From NCBI GenBank assembly GCA_963705505.1, contig CAVPJU010000010.1, positions 192,001-256,000 on the forward strand: a DNA stretch of 64,000 nt, read 5' to 3'. Source of the DNA: an uncultured bacterium. Lineage in GTDB: Bacteria; Desulfobacterota_D; UBA1144; Nemesobacterales; UBA2774. Below are positions 54,128 through 64,000 of this stretch, in pieces. The notes below the pieces were generated by a model. It had not been told where the DNA came from and made no database searches. It saw nothing but the letters and a program-made list of their open reading frames with translations. A program made the translations under genes and the position numbers. How positions within the stretch are numbered: position 1 is the first letter of the stretch; each line of letters begins with the position of its first letter.

Positions 54128-54997
54128 ATGAGCAACTTCTGGCAGAGGATACTTACGGCTGTTATTGCGGTCCCGATACTGTATGTGATATTCCGGATCG
54201 GGGGTGTCATATACCTTCTTTTCATCCTCGCTCTCATACTCATAGGCCAGATCGAATACCAGAAGCTGCTGCGGTCGAGGAACCTACCGAATGAGCGGGT
54301 ATCGGGAATAGCGTTTTCGCTCCTCCTCGCCGTCTCCGCCTTCATGGGCTACTTCTATTTCATGATGACGTTCACGGGAGCCGTGGTGCTCATACTCATT
54401 CTCGAGCTCTGGAAGCTCAAGGAAGGGGGCACTATACCGAGGGCGGGCGCGACCCTTTTCGGAATTATATATCTGGGCTGGCTTCTTAGCCACGCTATAC
54501 TCTTAAGAGACATAGGGGCTATAGAGGGGATACGGGAGTTCTCGGGAACCTACCAGGGACTTAAAGACCCAGGGTTCTTCTACATATTCTTTACGGTCGC
54601 GTGCACGTTCTTAAACGACACCGGGGCTTATTTCACCGGGCTAAAGATAGGGAAAAGGAAGCTCGCTCCTGCAATAAGCCCGGGGAAGACGGTCGAGGGG
54701 ACGATAGGCGGGATCATTGCCTGCATACTCACGGGAATAATTGTGAATTACGGATTCGGGTCGCCATTGAATTCAGACTGGACGATACTCTTTTCCGTGC
54801 TCATAGCGCTCTCCGCTATATTCGGCGACCTGGTCGAGTCCGCAATAAAAAGAGGCGCGGGCCTGAAAGACTCAGGCTATATAGTCCCCGGACACGGAGG
54901 TGTGCTCGACAGGTTCGACAGCCTGATATTCGTATTCCCGGTATCCTATTATTTCGTCCTGATATACTACATGACGCAGGGCGCAGCGTTCGGTTAA
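54128..54997 (+). CDS. cdsA: Phosphatidate cytidylyltransferase
   Basis: DTGAYF.G..GKRKLAP.ISPGKT.EG; GDLVES.IKR.AG.KDSG..PGHGG.LDRFDS. Confidence 0.95.
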   Translation: MSNFWQRILTAVIAVPILYVIFRIGGVIYLLFILALILIGQIEYQKLLRSRNLPNERVSGIAFSLLLAVSAFMGYFYFMMTFTGAVVLILILELWKLKEGGTIPRAGATLFGIIYLGWLLSHAILLRDIGAIEGIREFSGTYQGLKDPGFFYIFFTVACTFLNDTGAYFTGLKIGKRKLAPAISPGKTVEGTIGGIIACILTGIIVNYGFGSPLNSDWTILFSVLIALSAIFGDLVESAIKRGAGLKDSGYIVPGHGGVLDRFDSLIFVFPVSYYFVLIYYMTQGAAFG

Positions 54998-56085
54998 TCG
55001 AGCCTGCCCCAGTCGATGTAAGACTCTTTTGATAATGCCTCAGCCTGCTCCCTCTTTATCATCACTCTGAGCCCTATGAGTATAAGCACGTTGAATAGGA
55101 GTCCGGCGAGGGCGGCGAACTGCTCCTTGTAAAATATAAACACATACGTAAGGAGTATGGATACGAGGACTGAGCGCTCGAACATCCCGTAGGCCCGGAG
55201 CCTCGATTTTCTTATGTAATAAACTCCGAGAACGACGAAAACTCCCGACAAAAGCGAGGAGAATATCTGGGCCTTATCTATAAAAGTGAGGCCGGTGAGC
55301 TTGAGGGTGATATTCTCGAGGACTCGGATATTCATCAGCTTTTCCTTCCCGAGGCCGAAAAAGAGGGTAAAAAAAGCGACGTACCCAAGTGTTGCTAATA
55401 GCTGGAGGAGGAAAAAGATCACGACGCCTCCTCTGAAATAACGTGAGCCCGCCACACTCTCGTAAAACCTCACGAACCTCCTTTTTAGCCTGATATAAAT
55501 TCCCGGCGACCGCGTGGGAATCGGGGTAGTGTTGATGATGAGCCCCCTTACGGCAGCAGTGAGCGGGTCTTCGGGGTCGCTCTTTGCCAGAAACATGAGC
55601 GCTCTCCTTTTCTCGTCCTCGTCGAGGTCACGGAGCGCCGCCTCCTCAAGCCCTCTGAGGGCGTTGATGAGATATTCCCTCTTCGTGAATGTCCATCCCG
55701 ATCCGATCATATGCACCGCAAGGACTATGAGTACAAATACCATGTACATGATCGCCACCGACGGCTCGAAGAAATAGTCGTTGTCTTTCGTTACGAACTT
55801 CCCCACCTCGTCGATGAAGGTCCCGAAACCGGCTCCCCCCAGAATAGCCGCCCACAGATCGGTCCGCCTGCCGATAAACGCAATGAGCATGACTATCGAC
55901 ACGAGCATGAGGAGCCCGCCCCAAAGCATGTGCGCTATGTGCAGAGTGCTGTTTCCGATCTGAGGATAACCCGTCATGTGGAGAAAAAGCCGTATCGTCA
56001 GGATCGCGGAGACCGCGCAGACGAGAAAAACCTCGGCGTAATTATAAGCGTCCATGTTCCTGACAAACGGGGCTCTTCCCTTCAT
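54994..56085 (-). CDS. Conserved hypothetical multi-pass membrane protein
   Basis: Several TM helices; motifs HIAHMLWGG and GFGTFIDEVGKF...NDYF. Confidence 0.7.
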   Translation of the reverse strand: MKGRAPFVRNMDAYNYAEVFLVCAVSAILTIRLFLHMTGYPQIGNSTLHIAHMLWGGLLMLVSIVMLIAFIGRRTDLWAAILGGAGFGTFIDEVGKFVTKDNDYFFEPSVAIMYMVFVLIVLAVHMIGSGWTFTKREYLINALRGLEEAALRDLDEDEKRRALMFLAKSDPEDPLTAAVRGLIINTTPIPTRSPGIYIRLKRRFVRFYESVAGSRYFRGGVVIFFLLQLLATLGYVAFFTLFFGLGKEKLMNIRVLENITLKLTGLTFIDKAQIFSSLLSGVFVVLGVYYIRKSRLRAYGMFERSVLVSILLTYVFIFYKEQFAALAGLLFNVLILIGLRVMIKREQAEALSKESYIDWGRLD

Positions 56086-56183
56086 CGGCGGTTCCTTTGT
56101 TTATTCTATGTTAATCTCACTTGTTAATCTACAGTTTTGATGTCATATTATCGGTACTCAAAAACCTGCCGATAATAATAAAA

Positions 56184-57332
56184 ATGAACGAACATGGCTC
56201 TGCCTTGCCTCTCCCGACAGTCGAAGCATCGAAAGACTCGAACGATACCCTAAAGCTTAAAATCAAGGGACGTCTCGATGTCTATACCACCGGCAAAATC
56301 TGGAAAGATTCCTCTTCGGTAATAGAGAAATCCAACCCTGCCAAACTTATCATAGACGCAGAGGGTATCGAATACTGCGACGCCTCCGGCATAGCCCTCC
56401 TTATAGAGCTCAGGCTCAGTCAGGAGAAAACGGGCGGCAGCTTCGAGATTACGGGGCTCCGCAACGATGTGGATAAATTATACAGGCTCTTTAAACCGGA
56501 GGAGCTAGCGAAACCCGAGGCTCCGGCAGTACCGCCTTCAGGAAATATTATCGAACGGATAGGGGAGGGCTCATGGCAGGTGCTCGAAGAAATAAGAGTG
56601 CATATAGTATTCACGGGACGAGTGACGGTAGGGCTCCTGAGGGCCCTGCTCAATCCGTTCAGTGTGAGGTGGAAGGAAGTATTCGTCACATGCGAGAAGT
56701 TTGGCGCTAACTCCCTATTCATCATCGGGCTCGTAAATTTCCTGGTCGGGCTCGTGATCGCGTTCCAGTCGGCCATACCGATGCAGCAGTACGGCGCCCA
56801 GATATTCGTCGCAGACCTTATTGTGATAGCCTATTTTAAAGAGCTCGGACCTCTTATGACCGCTTTCGTCGTAAACGGAAGGAGCGGCTCCGCTTTCGCC
56901 GCCGAGCTCGGCACTATGAAGGTGAACGAAGAATTAGACGCGCTCGACACCATGGGACTCGACCCCGTGAATTTCCTGGTAGTCCCCAAGGTCATCGCCG
57001 CCCTTTTCATGCTCCCGCTCCTCACCGTATTCGGGAACCTCTTCGGACTCCTGGGAGGCCTCGTCGTAATACTATCGATGGGGTACACTTTCTCCACCTA
57101 TATAAATCAGATAACCGCATCGGGGACATATGTCATGTTGCTCTCCGGACTTTTCAAAACACTATTTTTTGCGGTGCTCATCGCAGGCGTGGGGTGTCTT
57201 GCCGGAATGAGGGCCTCGAGGGGTCCTTCGGCTGTGGGTGACGCGGCCACTAACGCGGTTGTAATGGGGATCATACTTATGATAGTCGTCGACGGAATCT
57301 TCGGCGTTATATATTACATTCTGGGAATCTGA
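56184..57332 (+). CDS. mlaE: MlaE-family ABC permease with an N-terminal STAS (MlaB-like) domain
   Basis: IEYCDASGIALL (STAS); ELGPL..GRSGSAFAAELGTMKVNEELDAL. Confidence 0.9.
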   Translation: MNEHGSALPLPTVEASKDSNDTLKLKIKGRLDVYTTGKIWKDSSSVIEKSNPAKLIIDAEGIEYCDASGIALLIELRLSQEKTGGSFEITGLRNDVDKLYRLFKPEELAKPEAPAVPPSGNIIERIGEGSWQVLEEIRVHIVFTGRVTVGLLRALLNPFSVRWKEVFVTCEKFGANSLFIIGLVNFLVGLVIAFQSAIPMQQYGAQIFVADLIVIAYFKELGPLMTAFVVNGRSGSAFAAELGTMKVNEELDALDTMGLDPVNFLVVPKVIAALFMLPLLTVFGNLFGLLGGLVVILSMGYTFSTYINQITASGTYVMLLSGLFKTLFFAVLIAGVGCLAGMRASRGPSAVGDAATNAVVMGIILMIVVDGIFGVIYYILGI

Positions 57333-57333
57333 G

Positions 57334-58107
57334 ATGAACGATAAGGGGACGGTAATAATAAAGGTAGAAGATTTTACAGCCAAATACGGGGATACGGTAA
57401 TCATCGACGATATCTCATTTGACGTCTATAAGGGCGAGATATTCGTCATACTCGGAGGCTCGGGATGCGGGAAGAGCACGCTCCTGAAACATATGATCGG
57501 GCTCTACAAGCCCGCTCAGGGGAACATAATTATAAACGGGGAAGACATCACGAAAGCGGAAGGGCAGGAGAGAATCGATATTTTGAAAAAAATTGGAGTT
57601 GCGTATCAGCTTGGCGCTTTATTCGGGTCCATGACGGTTCTTGAGAACGTAATGCTGCCTCTCGAGGAGTATACGGACCTGGACAGGGATGCAAGGCATC
57701 TCATCGGAAGGATGAAGCTCGATCTCGTGGGTCTCGAGGGCTCGGAGCGGAAGATGCCGTCTGAGCTCAGCGGAGGGATGATAAAGAGGGCGGCGCTCGC
57801 AAGGGCTATGGCTCTTGACCCGGAGGTGCTGTTTCTCGACGAGCCCTCGGCCGGACTCGACCCTATAACCTCAGCCGAGCTCGACCAGCTGATAATTCAG
57901 CTCTCTAAGAGCCTCGGAGTAACATTTGTAGTTGTTACACATGAGCTTAACAGTATTTACAATATCGCCGACAGGGTTATTATGCTTGATAAGAGCACCA
58001 AGAATATTATTGCGGAGGGAAAACCGGATTATCTGAGGGACAATTCGACGATCCCGGTAGTCAGGAAATTTTTCAGGAGACAGACCGATGAGCAGCTCGG
58101 CATGTAA
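57334..58107 (+). CDS. mlaF: MlaF-family ABC ATPase
   Basis: GGSGCGKS, PSELSGGMIKR, DEPSAGLDPI. Confidence 0.9.
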   Translation: MNDKGTVIIKVEDFTAKYGDTVIIDDISFDVYKGEIFVILGGSGCGKSTLLKHMIGLYKPAQGNIIINGEDITKAEGQERIDILKKIGVAYQLGALFGSMTVLENVMLPLEEYTDLDRDARHLIGRMKLDLVGLEGSERKMPSELSGGMIKRAALARAMALDPEVLFLDEPSAGLDPITSAELDQLIIQLSKSLGVTFVVVTHELNSIYNIADRVIMLDKSTKNIIAEGKPDYLRDNSTIPVVRKFFRRQTDEQLGM

Positions 58108-58132
58108 AACCACGGGCGGGGACACATAAAAA

Positions 58133-59083
58133 ATGAGTCAGAAACCAAATTTCTTCAAGATAGGGTTGTTCGTAATACTTGCACTCCTTATCCTTGCCGG
58201 GGCGATAATATTCTTCGGCGGGGGAAAATTCTTCGAGAAGAAGTATACTGTCGAAACTTATTTCGACCAGCCCGTCGAGGGACTTTCCGTCGGGGCGTCT
58301 CTTGAATTCCAGGGTGTTCAGATAGGCAACGTAAGCTCGATCGAGTTCGTATTTAATGAATACAGTACAGATAAACATTACGTCCTCGTCAGGGCGGAGA
58401 TCTACGGCAATAAGGTATCGGGGAAGAATAAGGGTCGGCTCTTCAAAAGCGATGAAGAAAGGGAAGAAGGTATTATGAAAATGGTACAGAAAGGGCTCAG
58501 GCTCCAGCTGGCCTCCCAGGGAATCACGGGAATAGCGTTCCTGAATGCAGTCTATCTCGACCCCGAGCGTTTCCCACCGCTCGAGCACAACTGGAAGCCG
58601 GAATACGTATACATCCCCTCGGCGCCCGGGACCATCGCCCAGATCACCGAGACCATCGAAGAGCTTTCGCAGAGCATCAAGAGTATCGACTTCAAAGAAA
58701 TTTCGCAGGACATAGATAAACTGGTGGCTTCATTGAACGAAGCCGTAGAAGCGGCAAAGGTGGGAGAGATGAGCAAGGACGTGAGAGAGCTAATCAAGAC
58801 GCTTAACACGACGACCACGGAGCTCGATTCGATACTCAAGAGCAAGGAAACGAAGCAGACACTTGCCAATGTCACGGCCATAACATCCGATCTGAGGAGC
58901 ACACTTAACCGCACCGACCGCCTGTTGTCGAGCAGAGAGCACAGCATAAAATTGACTATGGAGAATATAGAGCGCATTTCGGAGGACGGCAGGGAACTAT
59001 TGGAGCTATTGAAGAAATATCCCTCATGGGTTCTTTTCGGAAACCCGCCGCCGCATATCGAAGGGGAGGAAAAATCTAAATGA
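58133..59083 (+). CDS. MCE/MlaD-family protein
   Basis: N-terminal TM; VEGLSVGA...FQGV.IG.V; QGITG; C-terminal helical extension. Confidence 0.9.
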   Translation: MSQKPNFFKIGLFVILALLILAGAIIFFGGGKFFEKKYTVETYFDQPVEGLSVGASLEFQGVQIGNVSSIEFVFNEYSTDKHYVLVRAEIYGNKVSGKNKGRLFKSDEEREEGIMKMVQKGLRLQLASQGITGIAFLNAVYLDPERFPPLEHNWKPEYVYIPSAPGTIAQITETIEELSQSIKSIDFKEISQDIDKLVASLNEAVEAAKVGEMSKDVRELIKTLNTTTTELDSILKSKETKQTLANVTAITSDLRSTLNRTDRLLSSREHSIKLTMENIERISEDGRELLELLKKYPSWVLFGNPPPHIEGEEKSK

Positions 59084-59709
59084 AATTAAATAACCGCATT
59101 AAAATCTCTTCAATTGCGTTCTTTATAATTTTCATCTCCGCCTGTTCGGGTCTTAGCAAAAGCTATCCCGAGAGGAATTTCTACATGTTCGAAGTCCCGC
59201 CTGCAACGCTTAAACCCGCGCAGGTAAAAGGGGCAATCGTCGAAGTTGCCAGATTTAACGTTTCACCGGGCAGCGACGGGAAGGAGTTTATATACAGAAC
59301 GGGCGATCTGAGCTACGAATCGGACTTTTATAATCAATTCTTCAGACCGCCGGGCGCAATGCTTACGGAATTGACGATAAGTTGGCTTAACGATACGGGG
59401 CTTTTCCAGGATGTCCTGAGCACGGTCACACAAGCCGGGGCCAACTATTTCGTGGAGGCGAACGTCGTCCAGCTTTACGGGGACTTCAGGGCTTCCCCGA
59501 AAGCGGTAATGCAGATACAGTTTCTGCTCTTAAAATATAGTTCCGACAGCAGTTACGACGACAATACGGAGATCGTATTCGGTAAGGTCTACAGCTCGGA
59601 AATACCGATCGCATCGCAGACCGCCAAGGATCTCATGAAAGGGTGGAATATCGCCCTCGGCGATATATTGAATGCGTTCCTGGCGGACCTGCAGAAAAAC
59701 GTGAAGTGA
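59080..59709 (+). CDS. ABC-type transport auxiliary lipoprotein (PqiC-like)
   Basis: Lipobox ISAC; last gene of the MCE operon; ATGA overlap. Confidence 0.75.
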   Translation: MKLNNRIKISSIAFFIIFISACSGLSKSYPERNFYMFEVPPATLKPAQVKGAIVEVARFNVSPGSDGKEFIYRTGDLSYESDFYNQFFRPPGAMLTELTISWLNDTGLFQDVLSTVTQAGANYFVEANVVQLYGDFRASPKAVMQIQFLLLKYSSDSSYDDNTEIVFGKVYSSEIPIASQTAKDLMKGWNIALGDILNAFLADLQKNVK

Positions 59710-59894
59710 TATTGCATGCCCGGTAATTATTAATAAAATGGATGGATGCCGGTCGGACGGGCATCTGATATTTCCGATACAGTATCCGGAACCGGCGGAT
59801 AAAATGTAAGAATTGATGATTCTTAAGTAAATTTGCTTTTTTTATCTCAAAAGAAATATAATTATATGACTTTTCCAACGATCGGGAGATAAAT

Positions 59895-61328
59895 ATGCGC
59901 GTCCTGCTGGTTATAGTACTTATAGTTCTTCTGGCTCTGCTCGGGCTGCCTTACTGGTTCGGCATGCGGACCGAAAAGGTCTATAACGATATAGTGACCA
60001 GCTATTCCGAATCACAAAATATAACGATCGTCGAAAAAAGCTACGAGAAGGGATGGCTGAATTCCAAAGCCAAAACCGTATTCGCTGTCAAAAACGGCGG
60101 GGCCGAACTGATAAGGTTCGAGGAAACCGATACGATTTACCACGGACCGTTTCCGCTGCAGGCAGTACTGAGCGGAAGAGCGGGACTTTCGCCGGTCATG
60201 GCGGTCATAGATTCACAACTGGTCCCGATACCGGCAGAGAAATCGGAATTCTCCGAGATAATAAAGAAGCTGCCGCCGGCCAATTTATTGACGAGACTCT
60301 CGCTCGACGGCGGAGGCATAACGGATATCACCGTGCCGGGGATCGAAACTGAGGCCGGGGAGCAGGGAGAAAAGCTCAAATGGGAAGGGCTGACGGGAGA
60401 CGTGGCGTTCAGTCCCGAGTTTAAAGATGTAGATACAGCGTTAAAATCTCAGGGGCTGATGCTTACGGGAAAAGATATGAATCTCACCGTGAAGGAAATC
60501 GCGGGAGACTCCAGGGTGAAGTATGTAGGTCCCGAGAACAAATACCCCGTCGGGGATATCAATCTTACGGTCGGTGAAGTGGCGCTTCAGACAAAAAATG
60601 ACAACAGCGGGGAGTATGAAAAATTTGCGGTGACGGGAATAAAGCTAACGGGGACATCGAGTGAAAACCAGGGCAATCTCAACAGCACCCACAGTCTCGG
60701 CTTTCGGGAGCTCGTAGTCGGGGGCGGCAAATACGGCCCGGGAGGCTATGAGCTCGCCATCAGGAACATCGATATGGCTTCGTGGATGAAAGTCCAGGAT
60801 GTCCTCAAGAAGAATCAGAATACGGCTCAAACCGAGGAGGCACGAGAGAAGTTCATGGCGGAGCTCATGAAGATAGTCCCGGACCTGATAAAGAAATCAC
60901 CCGAAATAGAGCTAACGAAATTAAATCTCGAAACCTCGAACGGGAGCCTCGACGGTCACCTGAAAATCTCGGTTGACGGATCGAACCAGAACAACCCCGA
61001 GCTTGCGGCGAACCCGCTGTTTCTACTTGCCGCAATAAAGGCAAACGCGAGGGTGTCCGTTACGAAGACTCTTCTGGAAACGATATTAACGGGCTACAAA
61101 AAGGAAGAAATATTGGACGATTTTAAAAAAGCCGACGACGAGATACCCCCTGATGAGGAAATCCTCGGGATGGCGAAAGAAGAAGCCGGAGATGAAATTA
61201 AAGGGTTGAAAGACCAGAACATTATTACGGAGAGCGGCGACAATTACGAACTCAAAGCCAGCTACGAGATGGGTCAGGTAACGCTCAACGGGCAGCCGCT
61301 CGATATGGGATCACTCCTGGGTCAGTAG
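59895..61328 (+). CDS. YdgA/DUF945-family protein
   Basis: N-terminal anchor with PYWFG; YEKGW..S.A; IYHGPFP; C-terminal LNGQP. Confidence 0.78.
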   Translation: MRVLLVIVLIVLLALLGLPYWFGMRTEKVYNDIVTSYSESQNITIVEKSYEKGWLNSKAKTVFAVKNGGAELIRFEETDTIYHGPFPLQAVLSGRAGLSPVMAVIDSQLVPIPAEKSEFSEIIKKLPPANLLTRLSLDGGGITDITVPGIETEAGEQGEKLKWEGLTGDVAFSPEFKDVDTALKSQGLMLTGKDMNLTVKEIAGDSRVKYVGPENKYPVGDINLTVGEVALQTKNDNSGEYEKFAVTGIKLTGTSSENQGNLNSTHSLGFRELVVGGGKYGPGGYELAIRNIDMASWMKVQDVLKKNQNTAQTEEAREKFMAELMKIVPDLIKKSPEIELTKLNLETSNGSLDGHLKISVDGSNQNNPELAANPLFLLAAIKANARVSVTKTLLETILTGYKKEEILDDFKKADDEIPPDEEILGMAKEEAGDEIKGLKDQNIITESGDNYELKASYEMGQVTLNGQPLDMGSLLGQ

Positions 61329-61359
61329 CATTTAAACCGTATATCTCGAGCGGGATATA

Positions 61360-62235
61360 TTATTCATTTTCAGGTACCTTGAATTTCCTTTCCAATTCCC
61401 TGTATTTCGGCACGTCTATAATCCGCTCGAAATCTTTAAACGTGAGCATGTCCCCGAACCCGGCCGTCGTACCGTGCTCCATTAGATAGGAGTAACAGGA
61501 CTCCACGGCTTTCGTTGCAGCAAAGAGCGCTGTCAGCGGAAAGACTGCAATCTTGTACCCGAGATCTTCGAGCTCCCCTGCCTGTAAAACGGGGGTCTTC
61601 CCGCCCTCGACCATATTTGCAAAGAGAGGCACTCCAGGGAATGCCGCGGCAATCTCTCTCAGTTCTTCTACCGACTCGGGCGCCTCGACGAATACAACGT
61701 CGGCCCCGGCTTCGTAATAGGCTCTCCCCCTCCTGATCGCTTCGTCGAGACCGAGCGGAGCGCGCGAATCGGTTCGCCCGATGATGACGAGCCCGCTCTC
61801 CCCGCGCGCTTCGACGGCCGCATGGATTTTCTCCGCGTGCTCCTCCATCGGAATGACCCGTTTCCCCTCGAAATGGCCGCACTTCTTGGGCCAGACCTGG
61901 TCTTCGAGTATTATTCCCGCAGCCCCCAGCGTCACTACGTCCTCCACGGTCCTCATTACGTTTAACGCGTTCCCGTACCCGGTATCTATATCCGCGACGA
62001 CGGGGATGCCGACAGAAGCGGCGATACGACCGGCGCTGGAGAGCATTTCAGTCGCCGTGAGGAATCCGAAATCCGGCCTTCCGAGCACAGTACCCGATAT
62101 GCCGAAACCGCTCGTGAACGCGACCTTAAAACCCGCCCGCTCAGCGAGCTTTGCGCTTATGCAGTCGTAGACGCCCGGGAGCACCAGGATCCCCGGCCCG
62201 GACATTATTTCTCTCAGTCTCTCACCCTTCGTCAT
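61360..62235 (-). CDS. Isocitrate lyase/PEP mutase-superfamily enzyme (PrpB/oxaloacetate decarboxylase-like)
   Basis: ADIDTGYGN, EDQVWPKKCGH, GRTD, AGAD..FVEA. Confidence 0.88.
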   Translation of the reverse strand: MTKGERLREIMSGPGILVLPGVYDCISAKLAERAGFKVAFTSGFGISGTVLGRPDFGFLTATEMLSSAGRIAASVGIPVVADIDTGYGNALNVMRTVEDVVTLGAAGIILEDQVWPKKCGHFEGKRVIPMEEHAEKIHAAVEARGESGLVIIGRTDSRAPLGLDEAIRRGRAYYEAGADVVFVEAPESVEELREIAAAFPGVPLFANMVEGGKTPVLQAGELEDLGYKIAVFPLTALFAATKAVESCYSYLMEHGTTAGFGDMLTFKDFERIIDVPKYRELERKFKVPENE

Positions 62236-62263
62236 CACCGATCTCCCTGACTTTTTCCCTAGA

Positions 62264-62292
62264 AACATAGTGATGTCCCCGATGGGTGTCAA
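62264..62292 (-). promoter_or_regulatory. sigma70-type promoter of the PrpB-like gene
   Basis: Minus strand TTGACA, 17 nt, TATGTT. Confidence 0.55.
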
Positions 62293-62371
62293 GAAGGATT
62301 GCAGAAGCGGGGCGTTTGTGATATTTTGAATTTATATCCCCCGGCTCGAGTATATTCTAGGAAAACTCAAG

Positions 62372-62899
62372 GTGAAAAAGAGAGCGGAAAAAAATGCTAA
62401 AGAGAAAACGGAAACACCGGGAAGGCTGCAGGCGGGCTTAAAGAGTAAAGACGTCATACAGCTCATAGAGGCGCTCGAAGGCGTAAAGCTCGATTTCGAC
62501 CATCTATATTACTACGAGCACACGGGGCTCATTGTGCCGAGCCTCAGGAGCTCGAAGGGCAGGGGGGTGCCAAAGCTTTACTCAACCGAGGATTTCATCG
62601 TGCTCCGCTGGCTCGTCTCCCTCCAGAAGAACGGAATACCCGTCAGCCGCTTCCGCGAGGTGCTTACGTTTCTTAAGGAAAAGATGCCTGAAGTCCTGAG
62701 CCAGCCCCAGAACTGGGTGCTCATAACGGACGGCAAGTCCGTGCAGTTTTTCGACAGGGTTTCGTCGAGGGCGTTCGACGTCCTCAAGGACTCCGGCCAG
62801 TACCTGTTTTTCTTCCCTATAGGCAAGGTAGCAGACGAAAGCAGAAAAGCGGTAAAGAAGCTCGGAAAGAAACACCGGGGTCAAAGGGCCGATGTATAG
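62372..62899 (+). CDS. MerR-type HTH regulator resembling the Rv1830/McdR family
   Basis: LYYYEHTGLIVPS.....G.G..KLYS..D...L....L...GI; C-terminal LITDGK...DVL...GQ..F. Confidence 0.72.
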   Translation: MKKRAEKNAKEKTETPGRLQAGLKSKDVIQLIEALEGVKLDFDHLYYYEHTGLIVPSLRSSKGRGVPKLYSTEDFIVLRWLVSLQKNGIPVSRFREVLTFLKEKMPEVLSQPQNWVLITDGKSVQFFDRVSSRAFDVLKDSGQYLFFFPIGKVADESRKAVKKLGKKHRGQRADV

Positions 62900-62929
62900 A
62901 ATACCGATGTATAGATTTCAGTAAGGCGC

Positions 62930-64000
62930 TTAATCTTTACCCGGCCTGCGCAAGTTTTGCTTCCTCTTACTCCCCTCGGCGACCACGTCCGGTATGGAGG
63001 TGAATCCTATCCTCATGGGAGCGGCCTCCGAAGCGCCGTGCATGGAGCCGTAATATATGCTGTCCGTACCGTACCGCTCGTTTATCTTATCGAGAGCGCC
63101 CGCAATATCGTCCCGCTTCCTCTCACCGGCAAAAAGAGGCATGGCAAATTCATCAGACGGGGTCAGGTCGGTAAACGTGACAGACGCGCGAAGAGGCTTG
63201 TAATCGGACGGTCTTTTCTGCCAGGCTGAGGAGAACACTTCGATCATAGTCCGCGTATCGTTCTTTTTCCCTATATTCACACCCACTTTCCAGCTCTCTT
63301 CCCCTCCCAGATAATCTATCCTGACGACCATCCTGTCAGAGAGGTACTTGAGCCTCCTCAACCTGAACGCAGCCTTATGTATAAGCTTCACGAACACCGC
63401 CCGGACCCCTTCGTCCGTCCTCAATTCCGGGGGCAGGACATGAGAGTGGCCTACCGTCTTCCTCCCGGAAGGGCTCTCGATTACATCTTCGCCCCTGAGC
63501 ATAACGAGAAAGCGCTTACCTACTACACTCCCCCATATATCGCGGATCTTTTCCTCCGGCAGAGCGCAAAGACCCTCGACCGTGTGCACGCCGTAACCCT
63601 TCAAGCGGGCATGCATCCTCCTGCCTATGCCGGGAAGGTCCGTCAGGGACAGCGAATACAGCCTTTGAGGGAGCTCTTCCTTCGTTATCACGGTAAACCC
63701 GTCGGGCTTCTCCATATCGCTCGCGACCTTGGCTATGAAGCGGTTTGGCGCAATGCCTACCGAGCACTTGACGTATTCCCCGACCTGCTCTTTAATCGCT
63801 CTCTTCACCTCGCGCCCTATCTCAACAGCGTTTTCCCGGACCGTCTGCCTTCCCGTGAGACGGCACGACATCTCGTCTATCGACTGGACGGAATCGACGG
63901 GCAGCACGGAGCTTACGGCTGAAACTATCTTATGATGGGTTTCGATGTATTTTTCAGGCCTCGATTCTACTATATTAAGCTTGTTGCAGGCCTTGCGGGC
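62930..64000 (-). CDS. dinB: Y-family DNA polymerase (DinB/Pol IV-like); 5' end outside window
   Basis: SIDE catalytic motif, SVGIAPN...AK.ASDMEKPDG, LPGIG; frame is open to the window edge. Confidence 0.88.
   Translation of the reverse strand, partial: ARKACNKLNIVESRPEKYIETHHKIVSAVSSVLPVDSVQSIDEMSCRLTGRQTVRENAVEIGREVKRAIKEQVGEYVKCSVGIAPNRFIAKVASDMEKPDGFTVITKEELPQRLYSLSLTDLPGIGRRMHARLKGYGVHTVEGLCALPEEKIRDIWGSVVGKRFLVMLRGEDVIESPSGRKTVGHSHVLPPELRTDEGVRAVFVKLIHKAAFRLRRLKYLSDRMVVRIDYLGGEESWKVGVNIGKKNDTRTMIEVFSSAWQKRPSDYKPLRASVTFTDLTPSDEFAMPLFAGERKRDDIAGALDKINERYGTDSIYYGSMHGASEAAPMRIGFTSIPDVVAEGSKRKQNLRRPGKD

Noticed and set aside
59710..59800. Two small hairpins after the MCE operon (GATGCC/GGCATC; TTCCGATAC/GTATCCGGAA)
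   Set aside because: Short, no U-tract and no other copy noticed; at most transcript-end structures.

Overview
A gene-dense 64 kb bacterial chromosomal window made mostly of housekeeping genes, with about 58 CDS. I found no rRNA, tRNA, CRISPR array, transposase, integrase or phage genes. The gene content (rpoH, Mla/MCE transporter, glnS, YejABE-like ABC transporter, two dnaK genes) suggests a diderm related to Desulfobacterota/deltaproteobacteria, possibly Ca. Dadabacteria; this is an unverified impression. Main blocks in order: mnmA-mtaB; a chelatase-like AAA+ ATPase with a VWA partner; an orphan zf-HC2 anti-sigma gene behind a long structured leader; nfeD-SPFH plus a peptide ABC transporter; yceD-rpmF-fabDG-acpP-fabF; a TCA cluster (acnA-icd-mdh-sdh-sucC); rpoH-dnaK; rpmE; an EF-G paralogue; ppx; grpE-dnaK-dnaJ; a ThrC-like gene with a ThiS/MoaD sulfur carrier; gloB-metH; hemB; glnS; a PurN-like gene; cdsA; a Mla/MCE operon; a PrpB-like lyase; a MerR-type regulator; a DinB-type polymerase. 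Four genes (VWA, peptide-binding protein, rpoH, metH), and probably the 3' end of thrC, carry one extra base in a short run, most likely sequencing errors. Best leads: (i) the ThrC-like enzyme coupled to a sulfur carrier ending in GG-Y, near metH; (ii) a ~180-nt structured RNA ahead of the orphan anti-sigma gene; (iii) a PurN homologue lacking its catalytic His/Asp; (iv) several modules that resemble actinobacterial families. All family assignments come from motif recognition by eye; no database searches were run.
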